A stretch of DNA of 40,712 nt from a virus, in the IMG/VR virus record IMGVR_UViG_3300045988_118684, positions 1 to 40,712 of that record. One strand, written 5' to 3'. The position numbers were made by a program, and so were the translations under genes. Positions 1 to 7,676 of this stretch are shown here, piece after piece. The notes beneath the pieces are model-generated. The model made no database searches, was not told the origin of the DNA, and worked only from the letters and a program-made list of their open reading frames with translations. The first letter of the stretch is position 1. Every line of letters starts with the position of its first letter.

Positions 1-119
1 AAAATATTGACGAGCCAGGCCAATCAAATATGTTAATGCAGCCAACATCTTCACAATATCTTAGCTTAAATTAGTCCCTTCCCCCACGCAAGCGGCGTCC
101 CCGTGCAAGCCGGAGAGTG
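1..119. repeat. Terminal direct repeat, copy 1
   Basis: Exact 119-nt match to 40594..40712. It covers the last 74 nt of the lipoprotein gene plus 45 nt downstream. Confidence 0.95.
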
Positions 120-130
120 TAGCTGAACAC

Positions 131-170
131 AAAATAAAAAACGCCTACCCCACCGAATGGGTAGACGCCT
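131..170 (-). terminator. Rho-independent terminator oriented on the - strand, just upstream of int
   Basis: The - strand reads AGGCGTCTACCC attcggtg GGGTAGGCGT followed by TTTTTATTTT. The wobble pairs are G.U only in the - strand RNA (A.C on +). Confidence 0.6.
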
Positions 171-238
171 TATAGATCCATGATTGTATGGTAGATGCAA
201 TAGCACCTGTCTGTATTGTATCACAAGGAGGTGTAAAT

Positions 239-1366
239 GTGGCCAGTATTAGTAAACGTGGCAAAAAATGGCAATATCGTGTCTCTTACAAGGATAATGA
301 TGGAACACGCAAGTATGTCAACAAGGGTGGCTTCCCCTCAAAAAAAGCTGCTGATATAGCGGCAATCGAAGTCGAACGTCAGCATAATCGCGGTGCAAAT
401 TTGGATCTTAACAAGATAACGTTAATCGACTACTGGGACAAATGGATTGAGCTGTACAAATCTGGTAAGCATTCTCGTATCACCGAAGCCCGGTATAAAA
501 CAATTCGTAAACAGTTATTAGCCTATTGGGGTGAAAGCCGTGAACTAAAATCAATTTCAAAATCAGACTGGCAGGCATTTATCAATGAGTTTGGCAAAAA
601 AAGGGCTAAGGATACAGTCAGCAAATTGAATGGCTATGTTCGCTCAATGGCTGATTCTGCCGTCGATGACCAAATAATATATACTAACTTCACTCATAAC
701 GTTGTCCTCACTGGTAATGAAGGCCAAGCAGGAATCATCAAATATTTGCAAGTAAAGGATTTGCGTAAGCTCGTCAATTACTGCCTAGAATTTGCAGACT
801 ACGAGCATATTGCTTACTACATCATCGCAACCGGGGCACTGACCGGAGCTAGGTATTCTGAAGTTCTTGGGCTCACGTGGGATCATGTTGATCTTAAAAA
901 GCGCGTTGTGCACATTACCAGAACGTGGGATCACAGATATGGCAGCGGCTTTGCTGCTACTAAGAACAAATCAAGTGTACGTGACATCGACATAACGAGA
1001 GAACTTGCAGACTTGCTTTTACGTCTCAAGAAAGAACAGCAAGAGGTCTACCTTGCTCAGGGATATCGTGATAGCAAACAACTATTATTTCGCAGCATAC
1101 GGCATAACATGCTATCGAGCACGGCAATTAATAAGGATCTAAGGACGATCGAGAAGACTCTCGACATTTCCCCCGCGATTACTTTCCATGGGCTTAGACA
1201 CACTCACGTTTCCTATTTGATTGCCAATCACGTTGACATTAACTATATTTCAAAAAGACTTGGGCATGCCAATACAATGATCACTCAAAAAGTCTACGCT
1301 CATCTTCTTGAAGATCAAAGAAAAGAGCAGGTATCCCAGACGCTACAAGCACTTTCGAGACTTTAG
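239..1366 (+). CDS. int: Tyrosine integrase with N-terminal arm-binding domain
   Basis: Motifs TGARYSEVLGL, TKNKSSVRDI, HGLRHTH, LGHAN and QKVYAHLL are present. The N-terminus (V)ASISKRGKKWQYRVSY is typical. A GTG at 239 lies 7 nt after AAGGAGG (225..231); the tracked ATG at 188 has no SD. Confidence 0.9.
   Translation: MASISKRGKKWQYRVSYKDNDGTRKYVNKGGFPSKKAADIAAIEVERQHNRGANLDLNKITLIDYWDKWIELYKSGKHSRITEARYKTIRKQLLAYWGESRELKSISKSDWQAFINEFGKKRAKDTVSKLNGYVRSMADSAVDDQIIYTNFTHNVVLTGNEGQAGIIKYLQVKDLRKLVNYCLEFADYEHIAYYIIATGALTGARYSEVLGLTWDHVDLKKRVVHITRTWDHRYGSGFAATKNKSSVRDIDITRELADLLLRLKKEQQEVYLAQGYRDSKQLLFRSIRHNMLSSTAINKDLRTIEKTLDISPAITFHGLRHTHVSYLIANHVDINYISKRLGHANTMITQKVYAHLLEDQRKEQVSQTLQALSRL
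294..321 (-). promoter_or_regulatory. Candidate antisense promoter inside the int 5' region
   Basis: The - strand reads TTGACA (316..321), a 16-nt spacer, then CATTAT (294..299). It points toward the int start and the terminator at 131..170. Confidence 0.3.
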
Positions 1367-1367
1367 C

Positions 1368-1557
1368 TTGTGCACATTTTGTGCACCGGAGGAAAAAAAC
1401 AACAGAAAATAAAAGGAAACAAAAATCCCGGAATGCCTTTATACCAGCATTCCGGGAAGCTATAGAAAGCATCTAGAAGCATAAAAACGGAGAGTAAGTG
1501 CGAAAACAAACGTATATATAATAGTAGAAAACCACATTTTGTGCATATTTTGTGCAC
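1368..1557. repeat. Cluster of TTGTGCA(C/T) / ATTTTGTGCA(C/T) repeats; candidate Int arm-type sites in attP
   Basis: TTGTGCAC is at 1368..1375. ATTTTGTGCAC is at 1376..1386 and 1547..1557, and ATTTTGTGCAT at 1536..1546 (tandem). The cluster lies between the convergent int and lysis genes. Confidence 0.4.
1395..1456 (-). terminator. Rho-independent terminator, - strand
   Basis: A 10-bp stem CCCGGAATGC/GCATTCCGGG (1427..1436 / 1447..1456) is followed on the - strand by ATTTTTGTTTCCTTTTATTTT. Confidence 0.6.
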
Positions 1558-1603
1558 AAAAATAAGCCCTCCACCCGCGTTAGCGAGCAGAGGACTTTTT
1601 GTT
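1557..1603. terminator. Probable bidirectional terminator after the int and lysis-side transcripts
   Basis: An imperfect stem AAGCCCTC...GAGGACTT (1564..1571 / 1590..1597) is flanked by an A-run upstream and a T-run downstream on both strands. Confidence 0.4.
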
Positions 1604-1613
1604 ACCTGATATA

Positions 1614-1838
1614 TCAATATTCTTCTCCGTCCCAGCCACGTAGACCAGGAGGACCGCAAACGGCTGATTTATGCTCCAAGGCCATTGTCACAGACTGAAC
1701 GGAGGCAACAGCATCTATAAGTTCATCAGTTGAATGCTTGTCTGAAGCGGAATCCAGCAACTCTGAAACGGCTCTCATTAAGTCACGTCTCACATAACTT
1801 TGCTCAATAACTCGTGCTTGACCAATTTTTTTAGACAT
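1614..1838 (-). CDS. Hypothetical 74-aa protein at the attP-proximal end, downstream of endolysin (moron position)
   Basis: ATG at 1838 is preceded by AAGGTGAG. The tracked first codon is a GTG inside the SD. No family was recognised. Confidence 0.5.
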   Translation of the reverse strand: MSKKIGQARVIEQSYVRRDLMRAVSELLDSASDKHSTDELIDAVASVQSVTMALEHKSAVCGPPGLRGWDGEEY

Positions 1839-1882
1839 ATGCACTCACCTTATTTAAATTTTTTGGTTTCAACGGCAACCCA

Positions 1883-3067
1883 TTACTTGATGTACAGGCT
1901 TTCACCTGGGTAAATCAAACTGTAGATTGACTTGCCATTGTTGGCTGCCAGTGTGTACATGCTGATGCCATACTTGCTGGCAATACTCCAGAAGCTGTCA
2001 CCAGAGCGGACTGTATAATACGTGTGGCTTACCAGCGAAGTATATCCAGACGAACGCGAGCCATAGCTCTCCCCACCATTCACGCCCAAGGCAACATAAT
2101 GATACCGACCGGAGTAGCTGAGGTACCGTGCCCAGACGTATGAACCGCGAATATACACATGATCATACACAAGGCTCTCACCCGGCACATAGCTGCCAAC
2201 TGCCGTGTATCCTGTACCAGCACCAGTGCGGATGTTAACAGTCGTGGAAGGCTTGAAAACACCAGTTTGCGCATAGTCGGAATCACTGGCTGCATTTGAT
2301 TTCGCTGGTTGGCTTGGCACCGGTGTTACAGGTGCTGACGGGGTTTCTGGTTGGCTCGAGTAGCCATTATCAGTGATACCAAGCAGATCAATGTTACCAT
2401 CGAGGCCTTGCGACAGCCCAAATGCGCTCGTGTACTGCCAAATAGCTACCCCATCCATACTCGGAAAATAACCGTAGTCTGGTTTGGTAGTTGGTAGATA
2501 ATCACGGTAAGCAGCAATCCAAAGGCTGTTAGGAAATTCTTTCAGAATACGCTGATAATCGACGTGTGCCAATGTATATGGCTTGTAACTGTAATACATG
2601 GGCGTGTAGCCTTCGGAATGAATGCGCCGCATACCAGCTAAAATTGCATCCGTATTAGCTGCCATATTCCCAGAAGCACCATCTTCGTAATCCAAAGCAA
2701 CGATGCTTCCCTTTGGCGTCTGTGCTTTGATACGAGGCATATAACGGTCAAGTGCTTCTAATCCCAACTGGCTACTTGCACCAACACCATACCAGATGTA
2801 GCTATGCACACGTTTTCCTGCCGCCTTGGCACTAGCAATTTGGCTATCATACGTCCACTGATCGATGTACGTACCACCGTAAGTTCCGCCAATCTGAGCT
2901 ATGACGAACTTGTCTTGATCTGTTCCATATCGTCCACTTGCTCCCTGATACTTCGCCCAATCCGGGCCCTGATCACCCTTGGCCGCATTGACCTGCGATG
3001 GCAGGGCAAAAGAAATAGCCGCTAAGAAGGCGACTACCAAGGTAATTAGTTTAGTTTTTAGTTTCAT
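1883..3067 (-). CDS. Endolysin: signal peptide + GH25 muramidase + SH3b-like + LysM
   Basis: ATG at 3067 follows TAAGGAGGAAACC. The N-terminus is MKLKTKLITLVVAFLAAISFALPSQVNA|AKG. GH25-like DWAKYQG..FVIAQIGG..AGKRVHSYIWY is present. The C-terminus carries LysM YTVRSGDSFWSIASKYGISMYTLAANNG. Confidence 0.9.
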   Translation of the reverse strand: MKLKTKLITLVVAFLAAISFALPSQVNAAKGDQGPDWAKYQGASGRYGTDQDKFVIAQIGGTYGGTYIDQWTYDSQIASAKAAGKRVHSYIWYGVGASSQLGLEALDRYMPRIKAQTPKGSIVALDYEDGASGNMAANTDAILAGMRRIHSEGYTPMYYSYKPYTLAHVDYQRILKEFPNSLWIAAYRDYLPTTKPDYGYFPSMDGVAIWQYTSAFGLSQGLDGNIDLLGITDNGYSSQPETPSAPVTPVPSQPAKSNAASDSDYAQTGVFKPSTTVNIRTGAGTGYTAVGSYVPGESLVYDHVYIRGSYVWARYLSYSGRYHYVALGVNGGESYGSRSSGYTSLVSHTYYTVRSGDSFWSIASKYGISMYTLAANNGKSIYSLIYPGESLYIK

Positions 3068-3077
3068 GGTTTCCTCC

Positions 3078-3500
3078 TTATTGCTGTGGAGCAACAGATG
3101 CCGGAGCTGACTCCGCCGGTGCTGCAGAAGACGTCTCTGGAACCACTTCACTAGCAGCAGTTACCTGGTCAGCCTCTTTATCCGCTTGCAGTGCCTTAAT
3201 CTGGTCCTCTAAGGACTTGATCTTAGCTGCCTTGGTGGTAATGAGTGCCGGGTAAGCTAACGCCTGTTGGCTGTCGCTGACGCCCTCTGTGGTTGGGTCA
3301 ACGGCAACCCCCACAATGGTCAACAGTGCAAATACTGCATTGATCACTGCGGTGAGCTCCTTGCCCAAGTTGGCAAAATCCCAGTTGTAACCGAAAACCG
3401 CTGCCACTGTTTGTACAACCAACAAAGCTGCCGGCACTAATGCCAGCCAGAATTTGACGCTTAATACTCGTACTTTCCAATTAATCTTCATACTGAACAT
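3078..3500 (-). CDS. Holin (phiLC3-type)
   Basis: The N-terminus MKINWKVRVLSVKFWLALVPAALLVVQ is present, with two TM segments, a DPTTEGVSDS motif and a charged tail. It lies directly upstream of the endolysin. Confidence 0.8.
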   Translation of the reverse strand: MFSMKINWKVRVLSVKFWLALVPAALLVVQTVAAVFGYNWDFANLGKELTAVINAVFALLTIVGVAVDPTTEGVSDSQQALAYPALITTKAAKIKSLEDQIKALQADKEADQVTAASEVVPETSSAAPAESAPASVAPQQ

Positions 3501-3505
3501 TCCTT

Positions 3506-3862
3506 TCAGTTTTTAATCCGAAGTTGCAAAACCTTGTTATATAGCGCTTCGCCCGTTCCGTTACCGCCCAGTGCTTTGTAGCTGCTGAAAAGGTAATTAA
3601 GATCGTCCAAGTCGTCCGTGCTGATATACCCCACCTCGATATGATGGTTACACAGCATGTAAACCTCATGATGAAGCAAACCGACAAGGCCTGAATCAAT
3701 TGCCTTTCCATGCTTTCGATGCATGCGCCATTGGCTTGCAAACCAACCAAACAAAGCTCCACCACCCAACTCCACAAACATATCTATCCAACTCTTGAAA
3801 TCCACATCTTTATACTTCCTTCCACAAAAATAGCCGCTAGCTTTTGCTGGCGACATAGTCAC
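3506..3862 (-). CDS. Hypothetical lysis-cassette protein with one hydrophobic segment
   Basis: ORF with the segment LGGGALFGWFASQW, positioned between XkdX and holin. The start (GTG 3862 or ATG 3856) is uncertain. Confidence 0.55.
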   Translation of the reverse strand: MTMSPAKASGYFCGRKYKDVDFKSWIDMFVELGGGALFGWFASQWRMHRKHGKAIDSGLVGLLHHEVYMLCNHHIEVGYISTDDLDDLNYLFSSYKALGGNGTGEALYNKVLQLRIKN

Positions 3863-3968
3863 TGCCTGTAATTTGTTTGTATTGGTCCTCCGTTATTTGC
3901 CGCCCCACGTACTGCTCTATCGGGCACCCCCAAGAATGGAGCATACTGCAAAATTCAAAGTCACTCAT
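3837..3968 (-). CDS. XkdX-family small protein (43 aa), absent from the ORF track
   Basis: Reads MSDFEFCSMLHSWGCPIEQYVGRQITEDQYKQITGSDYVASKS. The ITEDQYKQITG signature is present. The ATG overlaps the upstream stop (AATGAGTGA), and GGTGGA lies upstream. Confidence 0.55.
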   Translation of the reverse strand: MSDFEFCSMLHSWGCPIEQYVGRQITEDQYKQITGSDYVASKS

Positions 3969-4236
3969 TTTTTCCACCATCCTCAATCTTTGTCACGCGG
4001 GCATACAATGCAGCGATCATCTGCTGTTCTGGTGACGGTGTTGGCATTGCATCAGCCGGATAAAGATCAGTAACTCGCTGCTGATCGACAACAATTTTGC
4101 CATCAACTAGCTTAGAAGCACCTGCGACAATCTTTTTGAGTTCATTTTCGTCTATATCAACCACATTATCGCTTGTGTAGTCGGTACCCCATGCATGAAT
4201 GAAGCCATCTGCTTGTGTATCAAGTCTTACTTTCAT
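3961..4236 (-). CDS. Hypothetical protein downstream of Tal (91 aa)
   Basis: ATG at 4236 lies 8 nt after AGGAG. The tracked start is a GTG within the SD region. Confidence 0.6.
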   Translation of the reverse strand: MKVRLDTQADGFIHAWGTDYTSDNVVDIDENELKKIVAGASKLVDGKIVVDQQRVTDLYPADAMPTPSPEQQMIAALYARVTKIEDGGKNE

Positions 4237-4247
4237 ATCTACCACTC

Positions 4248-7200
4248 CTAATATTCATAAACGCCAACTAACACAACGCCACCTGCGGCACCGTCTGAAT
4301 TCTTTGTGTTTCCATCAATATGATCAGCATAAGCATATACATACTTCGAACAATTGGCATTGCCATAGTTCATGATGCTTAGAATTCGTCCAGCGCCTGG
4401 GTACTTAAGCACACTCGTTTTTGAGATCTCAGTTTCGCGGATTCCTGTACCAGAAAACGTTCCGTTTGAGTATTCACCCCATACTAGTTTCCAGCCATTC
4501 AGACAATCCGTAATCTTCTTTGAAGGGGTTACAGACTGAGCATCGCCAGACCATCCAAGAAGCGAAACCCCTTGCCACAAAGGATTTGAGACGTTATTCA
4601 ACTGATAAATTTTTTCTGCATCAAGGCTGCTTGTGTTGTAAGTAGCGTTGTCCCCCAAGCCACTAATTAAATCTGAAAGTTCCAAAACACCCATTGATAT
4701 CCTGCTAGTGTGCAGTTTGGTTGTTCCATCAGTTTGCGTAATGTATGACAACATGCCATCCGGGTTTAATTCAGTATGATATTTTTGGCCGTTTGGTTTG
4801 CCATTGGCATCTTCAATGCTTCCGTCAATAGAGTATGAAGTGCCATTCAGGGTCAAATTACCTGATGATAATATGCCTGATTCATTAATAACCGCGTGTG
4901 AAAAAGGAACATTAATCTTAGGAGAATTGATGATTGCGCTATTAATTGTCACGGCATTTAATTCAATGATATTCAGAACCGCCTGAGCGATTGATTCGGG
5001 AATCCATGAAGACCCATTCCAACGTTTCAAAGCAGTTACAGAGCTCATTGTGGCACCAACCCACCACAACGAATTCGTTACAATTGTTCCAGTAGGTGCT
5101 GCCGTTTGCACATAAGTCATTGGCACATTTTGGCTGCCCGGAGGACCTTGCGGGCCTTGTGGACCTTGTGGACCTGTGTCACCCTTCGGCCCAGTTGCGC
5201 CAGCTTGTGCTACCGAATAACCGACTTCATTGGTGCCGTCAGTATATGACCACGTTGTCCGTGTCCACATGAATTGTCCGGCGGCAACGCTTGGAATGGT
5301 TGTTGACCAGCCTGTGGTTGGTTTAGTGACACCATTTGACGAAACAGAATACTCGATAACGGTTGACTTAATACCTACTCCGTCTTTACCAGCAATACCA
5401 TTAGCACCTGTGTTACCATCTTTGGCATTGTAACTGACAGTGTAACCAGACTCGCCGGTGTTATCTGTATACAGCCAAGTAGTCTGTGTCCACAGATACT
5501 GCCCCTTGATTAACGTTGGAACTTGTGCAGTCCAACCAGTAGTAGGTGCTGTGGTGCCAGAAGTACTCTGCGCATACATAATCTGCGTTGACTTAATTCC
5601 TACACCGTCTTTACCTGCTACACCATCTTTACCTGTATCACCTTTCGGCCCCTGCACTAGTTGCCAGCTATAAACAGCTGGATTGGTGCTATCAGCTTGC
5701 GTGAAATCTGTATAACTACCAATGTATTTTCTAGCTCCGGGAGTATCGAGCGAAAAGTTCGTTTTGCCATCACTACTGTCAGCATATGCAATATGGAAGT
5801 ACGGCGTTTTGCCATCGGCACCGGCTTTGCCGGGCACCCCATCTTTGCCATCAGCACCGTCCGCGCCTTTAATGAGTGACCATCTATAGTCACTTGGATT
5901 GGTGCTGTCACCAGATGAAAAGTCGCTGTAGAAGCCAATATACGTGCGGTTAGAATCAGTGGTTGAGAAGTCGGTCTTGCCGTCTTGGCTATTTGCGTAA
6001 GCAAAGTGGGCATAAGCAGTACGCCCATCTGCACCATTTGCACCTGGCAACCCTTGATCGCCTTGCGGTCCTTTTGATCCATTGGTGCCTTGATAGGCCA
6101 CGCTGTAAGACGTGTTCTGTGTCCCATCTGTGTACAACGTTACTGTTCGCGACCACAAATAAGTCCCTTGTGATGCGGGCGGGATGGTTGAACTCCACGT
6201 ACCGGATGGTGCAGTGGTACCGTTAGTGCCAATCTGGTAGGTGACTGCTGATGATTTAAGCCCAATGCCATCAGCACCATTGGCTCCCATTTTGCCAACG
6301 CTGTAAGTTGTACTGGTTGATCCATCAGTCATGGTAATGATCGTTCGTGACCACAGATATTGATTAGCTGCAACATTCGGTACGGCATCAGACCATGTCC
6401 CCGTTGGGGCAGACACCCCAGACGATCCAGCCTGATAGGTCACAATCGACGATTGTATGCCAATACCGTCTTTCCCATCTTGTCCCTTATTCTGTTTTGC
6501 CAGTGCTTCAGCAAGAGCACGATATTCGGCGCTTACTTGACTAGCTTGAATCAAATAATCTCCAAGCGTTGCCGTCCCTGATTCATTTGAGTATGAATAG
6601 GTAAGCTCTAGGACTCTCGCAGAAAGAAAAAGCTGTTCATCTTCATCAACCAGATAAACAGTGTCGCCTATATTGACAGTATCAGGCAGCTTGGCAATGT
6701 CTACCTCGTAATTGACTGCTGGGTGATTGAATTTCTCCAAGTCAGATAGAACCGATTGTAGAAGCGTTGCTTGAGTAGTAGCTTCATAGGTTTTGTTGCG
6801 AGTGATGTGAGCGTCAACAGGATTGGTATTAGCGTTAGATAGCAAGCGGCTCCAAGTTCTAAGCGCTACTGGGTCTCTTAATACGCCATCACCGCCTAAT
6901 ACGTAACGGCCGTTGGGGTCGGTCCAGCGGTAGCCCTTGAGCGTGATAGGATCGTTACTGCCCTCTGGTGTACCTCCGGTACCAGCAATAGCAGTACACA
7001 AGTCAGCAATATCACTAGTCGTAACAATCTTATTAAGATCAGTGTCTACACGCAGATAAATGCCCTTGTTACCGCCGATGTGTTTCCTAATATCAATATA
7101 CTTTCCGATGACGGACAAGCCTCTGACCTCAAACCGGAAGCTTAGCTCTACGCCGAACTGTGTGGCAACTGACAGAATTCTGGCAAGAATAGATGAATCG

Positions 7201-7676
7201 TCTGAATCCCATTTCAAAGTCCGCGTTAGATCCGGAATCTCGTTGTAGCCGATCACAAATCCCGAATCACCAGCAAAAAGTTCAATATACTGAGCGATTG
7301 TCATGGCACTCGAGGCCGCGTAAGCACCAACGGTGCCATTAATTAAATCAATGCTGGCGTCCTCTGCCACAAACGTATTTGTGCCTGCTAGTGGATCATG
7401 CTCGGAACTCAGAATGGTTGTCCAAACTGACTCACCAGCACGGCCCTTGAACAAGACAAAATTACCCACCTTAGCCATTTCTTTGACCTGAGCCGACTGA
7501 TCTGGCGAAAAATGCAGCGTTGCACTGTAGGAGCGGTAGCCACCATCAACTGACTGATAGTCACCTTCTTGACCGCCAATATCATCAATAGCAATCACGG
7601 AACTAGACGTAAGTTCATCAGTTGACGCAATGCCAAGCTGATTGTATTTTCTGTCGGTAAAATAAAAATCAGCCAT
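4248..7676 (-). CDS. Tail-associated lysin/host-specificity protein (Tal) with modular repeats and collagen-like linkers
   Basis: The N-terminal ~380 aa is prophage-tail/Tal-like and follows Dit. It is followed by modules A-A-B-B-A-A separated by Gly-X-Y runs, including GPQGPQGPQGPPG. Confidence 0.85.
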   Translation of the reverse strand: MADFYFTDRKYNQLGIASTDELTSSSVIAIDDIGGQEGDYQSVDGGYRSYSATLHFSPDQSAQVKEMAKVGNFVLFKGRAGESVWTTILSSEHDPLAGTNTFVAEDASIDLINGTVGAYAASSAMTIAQYIELFAGDSGFVIGYNEIPDLTRTLKWDSDDSSILARILSVATQFGVELSFRFEVRGLSVIGKYIDIRKHIGGNKGIYLRVDTDLNKIVTTSDIADLCTAIAGTGGTPEGSNDPITLKGYRWTDPNGRYVLGGDGVLRDPVALRTWSRLLSNANTNPVDAHITRNKTYEATTQATLLQSVLSDLEKFNHPAVNYEVDIAKLPDTVNIGDTVYLVDEDEQLFLSARVLELTYSYSNESGTATLGDYLIQASQVSAEYRALAEALAKQNKGQDGKDGIGIQSSIVTYQAGSSGVSAPTGTWSDAVPNVAANQYLWSRTIITMTDGSTSTTYSVGKMGANGADGIGLKSSAVTYQIGTNGTTAPSGTWSSTIPPASQGTYLWSRTVTLYTDGTQNTSYSVAYQGTNGSKGPQGDQGLPGANGADGRTAYAHFAYANSQDGKTDFSTTDSNRTYIGFYSDFSSGDSTNPSDYRWSLIKGADGADGKDGVPGKAGADGKTPYFHIAYADSSDGKTNFSLDTPGARKYIGSYTDFTQADSTNPAVYSWQLVQGPKGDTGKDGVAGKDGVGIKSTQIMYAQSTSGTTAPTTGWTAQVPTLIKGQYLWTQTTWLYTDNTGESGYTVSYNAKDGNTGANGIAGKDGVGIKSTVIEYSVSSNGVTKPTTGWSTTIPSVAAGQFMWTRTTWSYTDGTNEVGYSVAQAGATGPKGDTGPQGPQGPQGPPGSQNVPMTYVQTAAPTGTIVTNSLWWVGATMSSVTALKRWNGSSWIPESIAQAVLNIIELNAVTINSAIINSPKINVPFSHAVINESGILSSGNLTLNGTSYSIDGSIEDANGKPNGQKYHTELNPDGMLSYITQTDGTTKLHTSRISMGVLELSDLISGLGDNATYNTSSLDAEKIYQLNNVSNPLWQGVSLLGWSGDAQSVTPSKKITDCLNGWKLVWGEYSNGTFSGTGIRETEISKTSVLKYPGAGRILSIMNYGNANCSKYVYAYADHIDGNTKNSDGAAGGVVLVGVYEY

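Noticed and set aside
1-119. The 119-nt terminal repeats as attL/attR of an integrated prophage
   Set aside because: The repeat begins inside the lipoprotein coding sequence, and no host genes flank either copy. Joining the ends gives the canonical cI-sie-int-attP-lysis order. It was therefore treated as circular closure.
1281-1659. - strand ORFs 1281..1472 and 1363..1659 in the int/attP region
   Set aside because: They run through terminator hairpins and repeat motifs, have low-complexity Phe/Leu/Cys-rich translations, and lack an SD.
4248-7676. Tal repeats as the variable region of a diversity-generating retroelement
   Set aside because: There is no reverse transcriptase gene, and no template repeat with adenine-specific differences anywhere in the genome.
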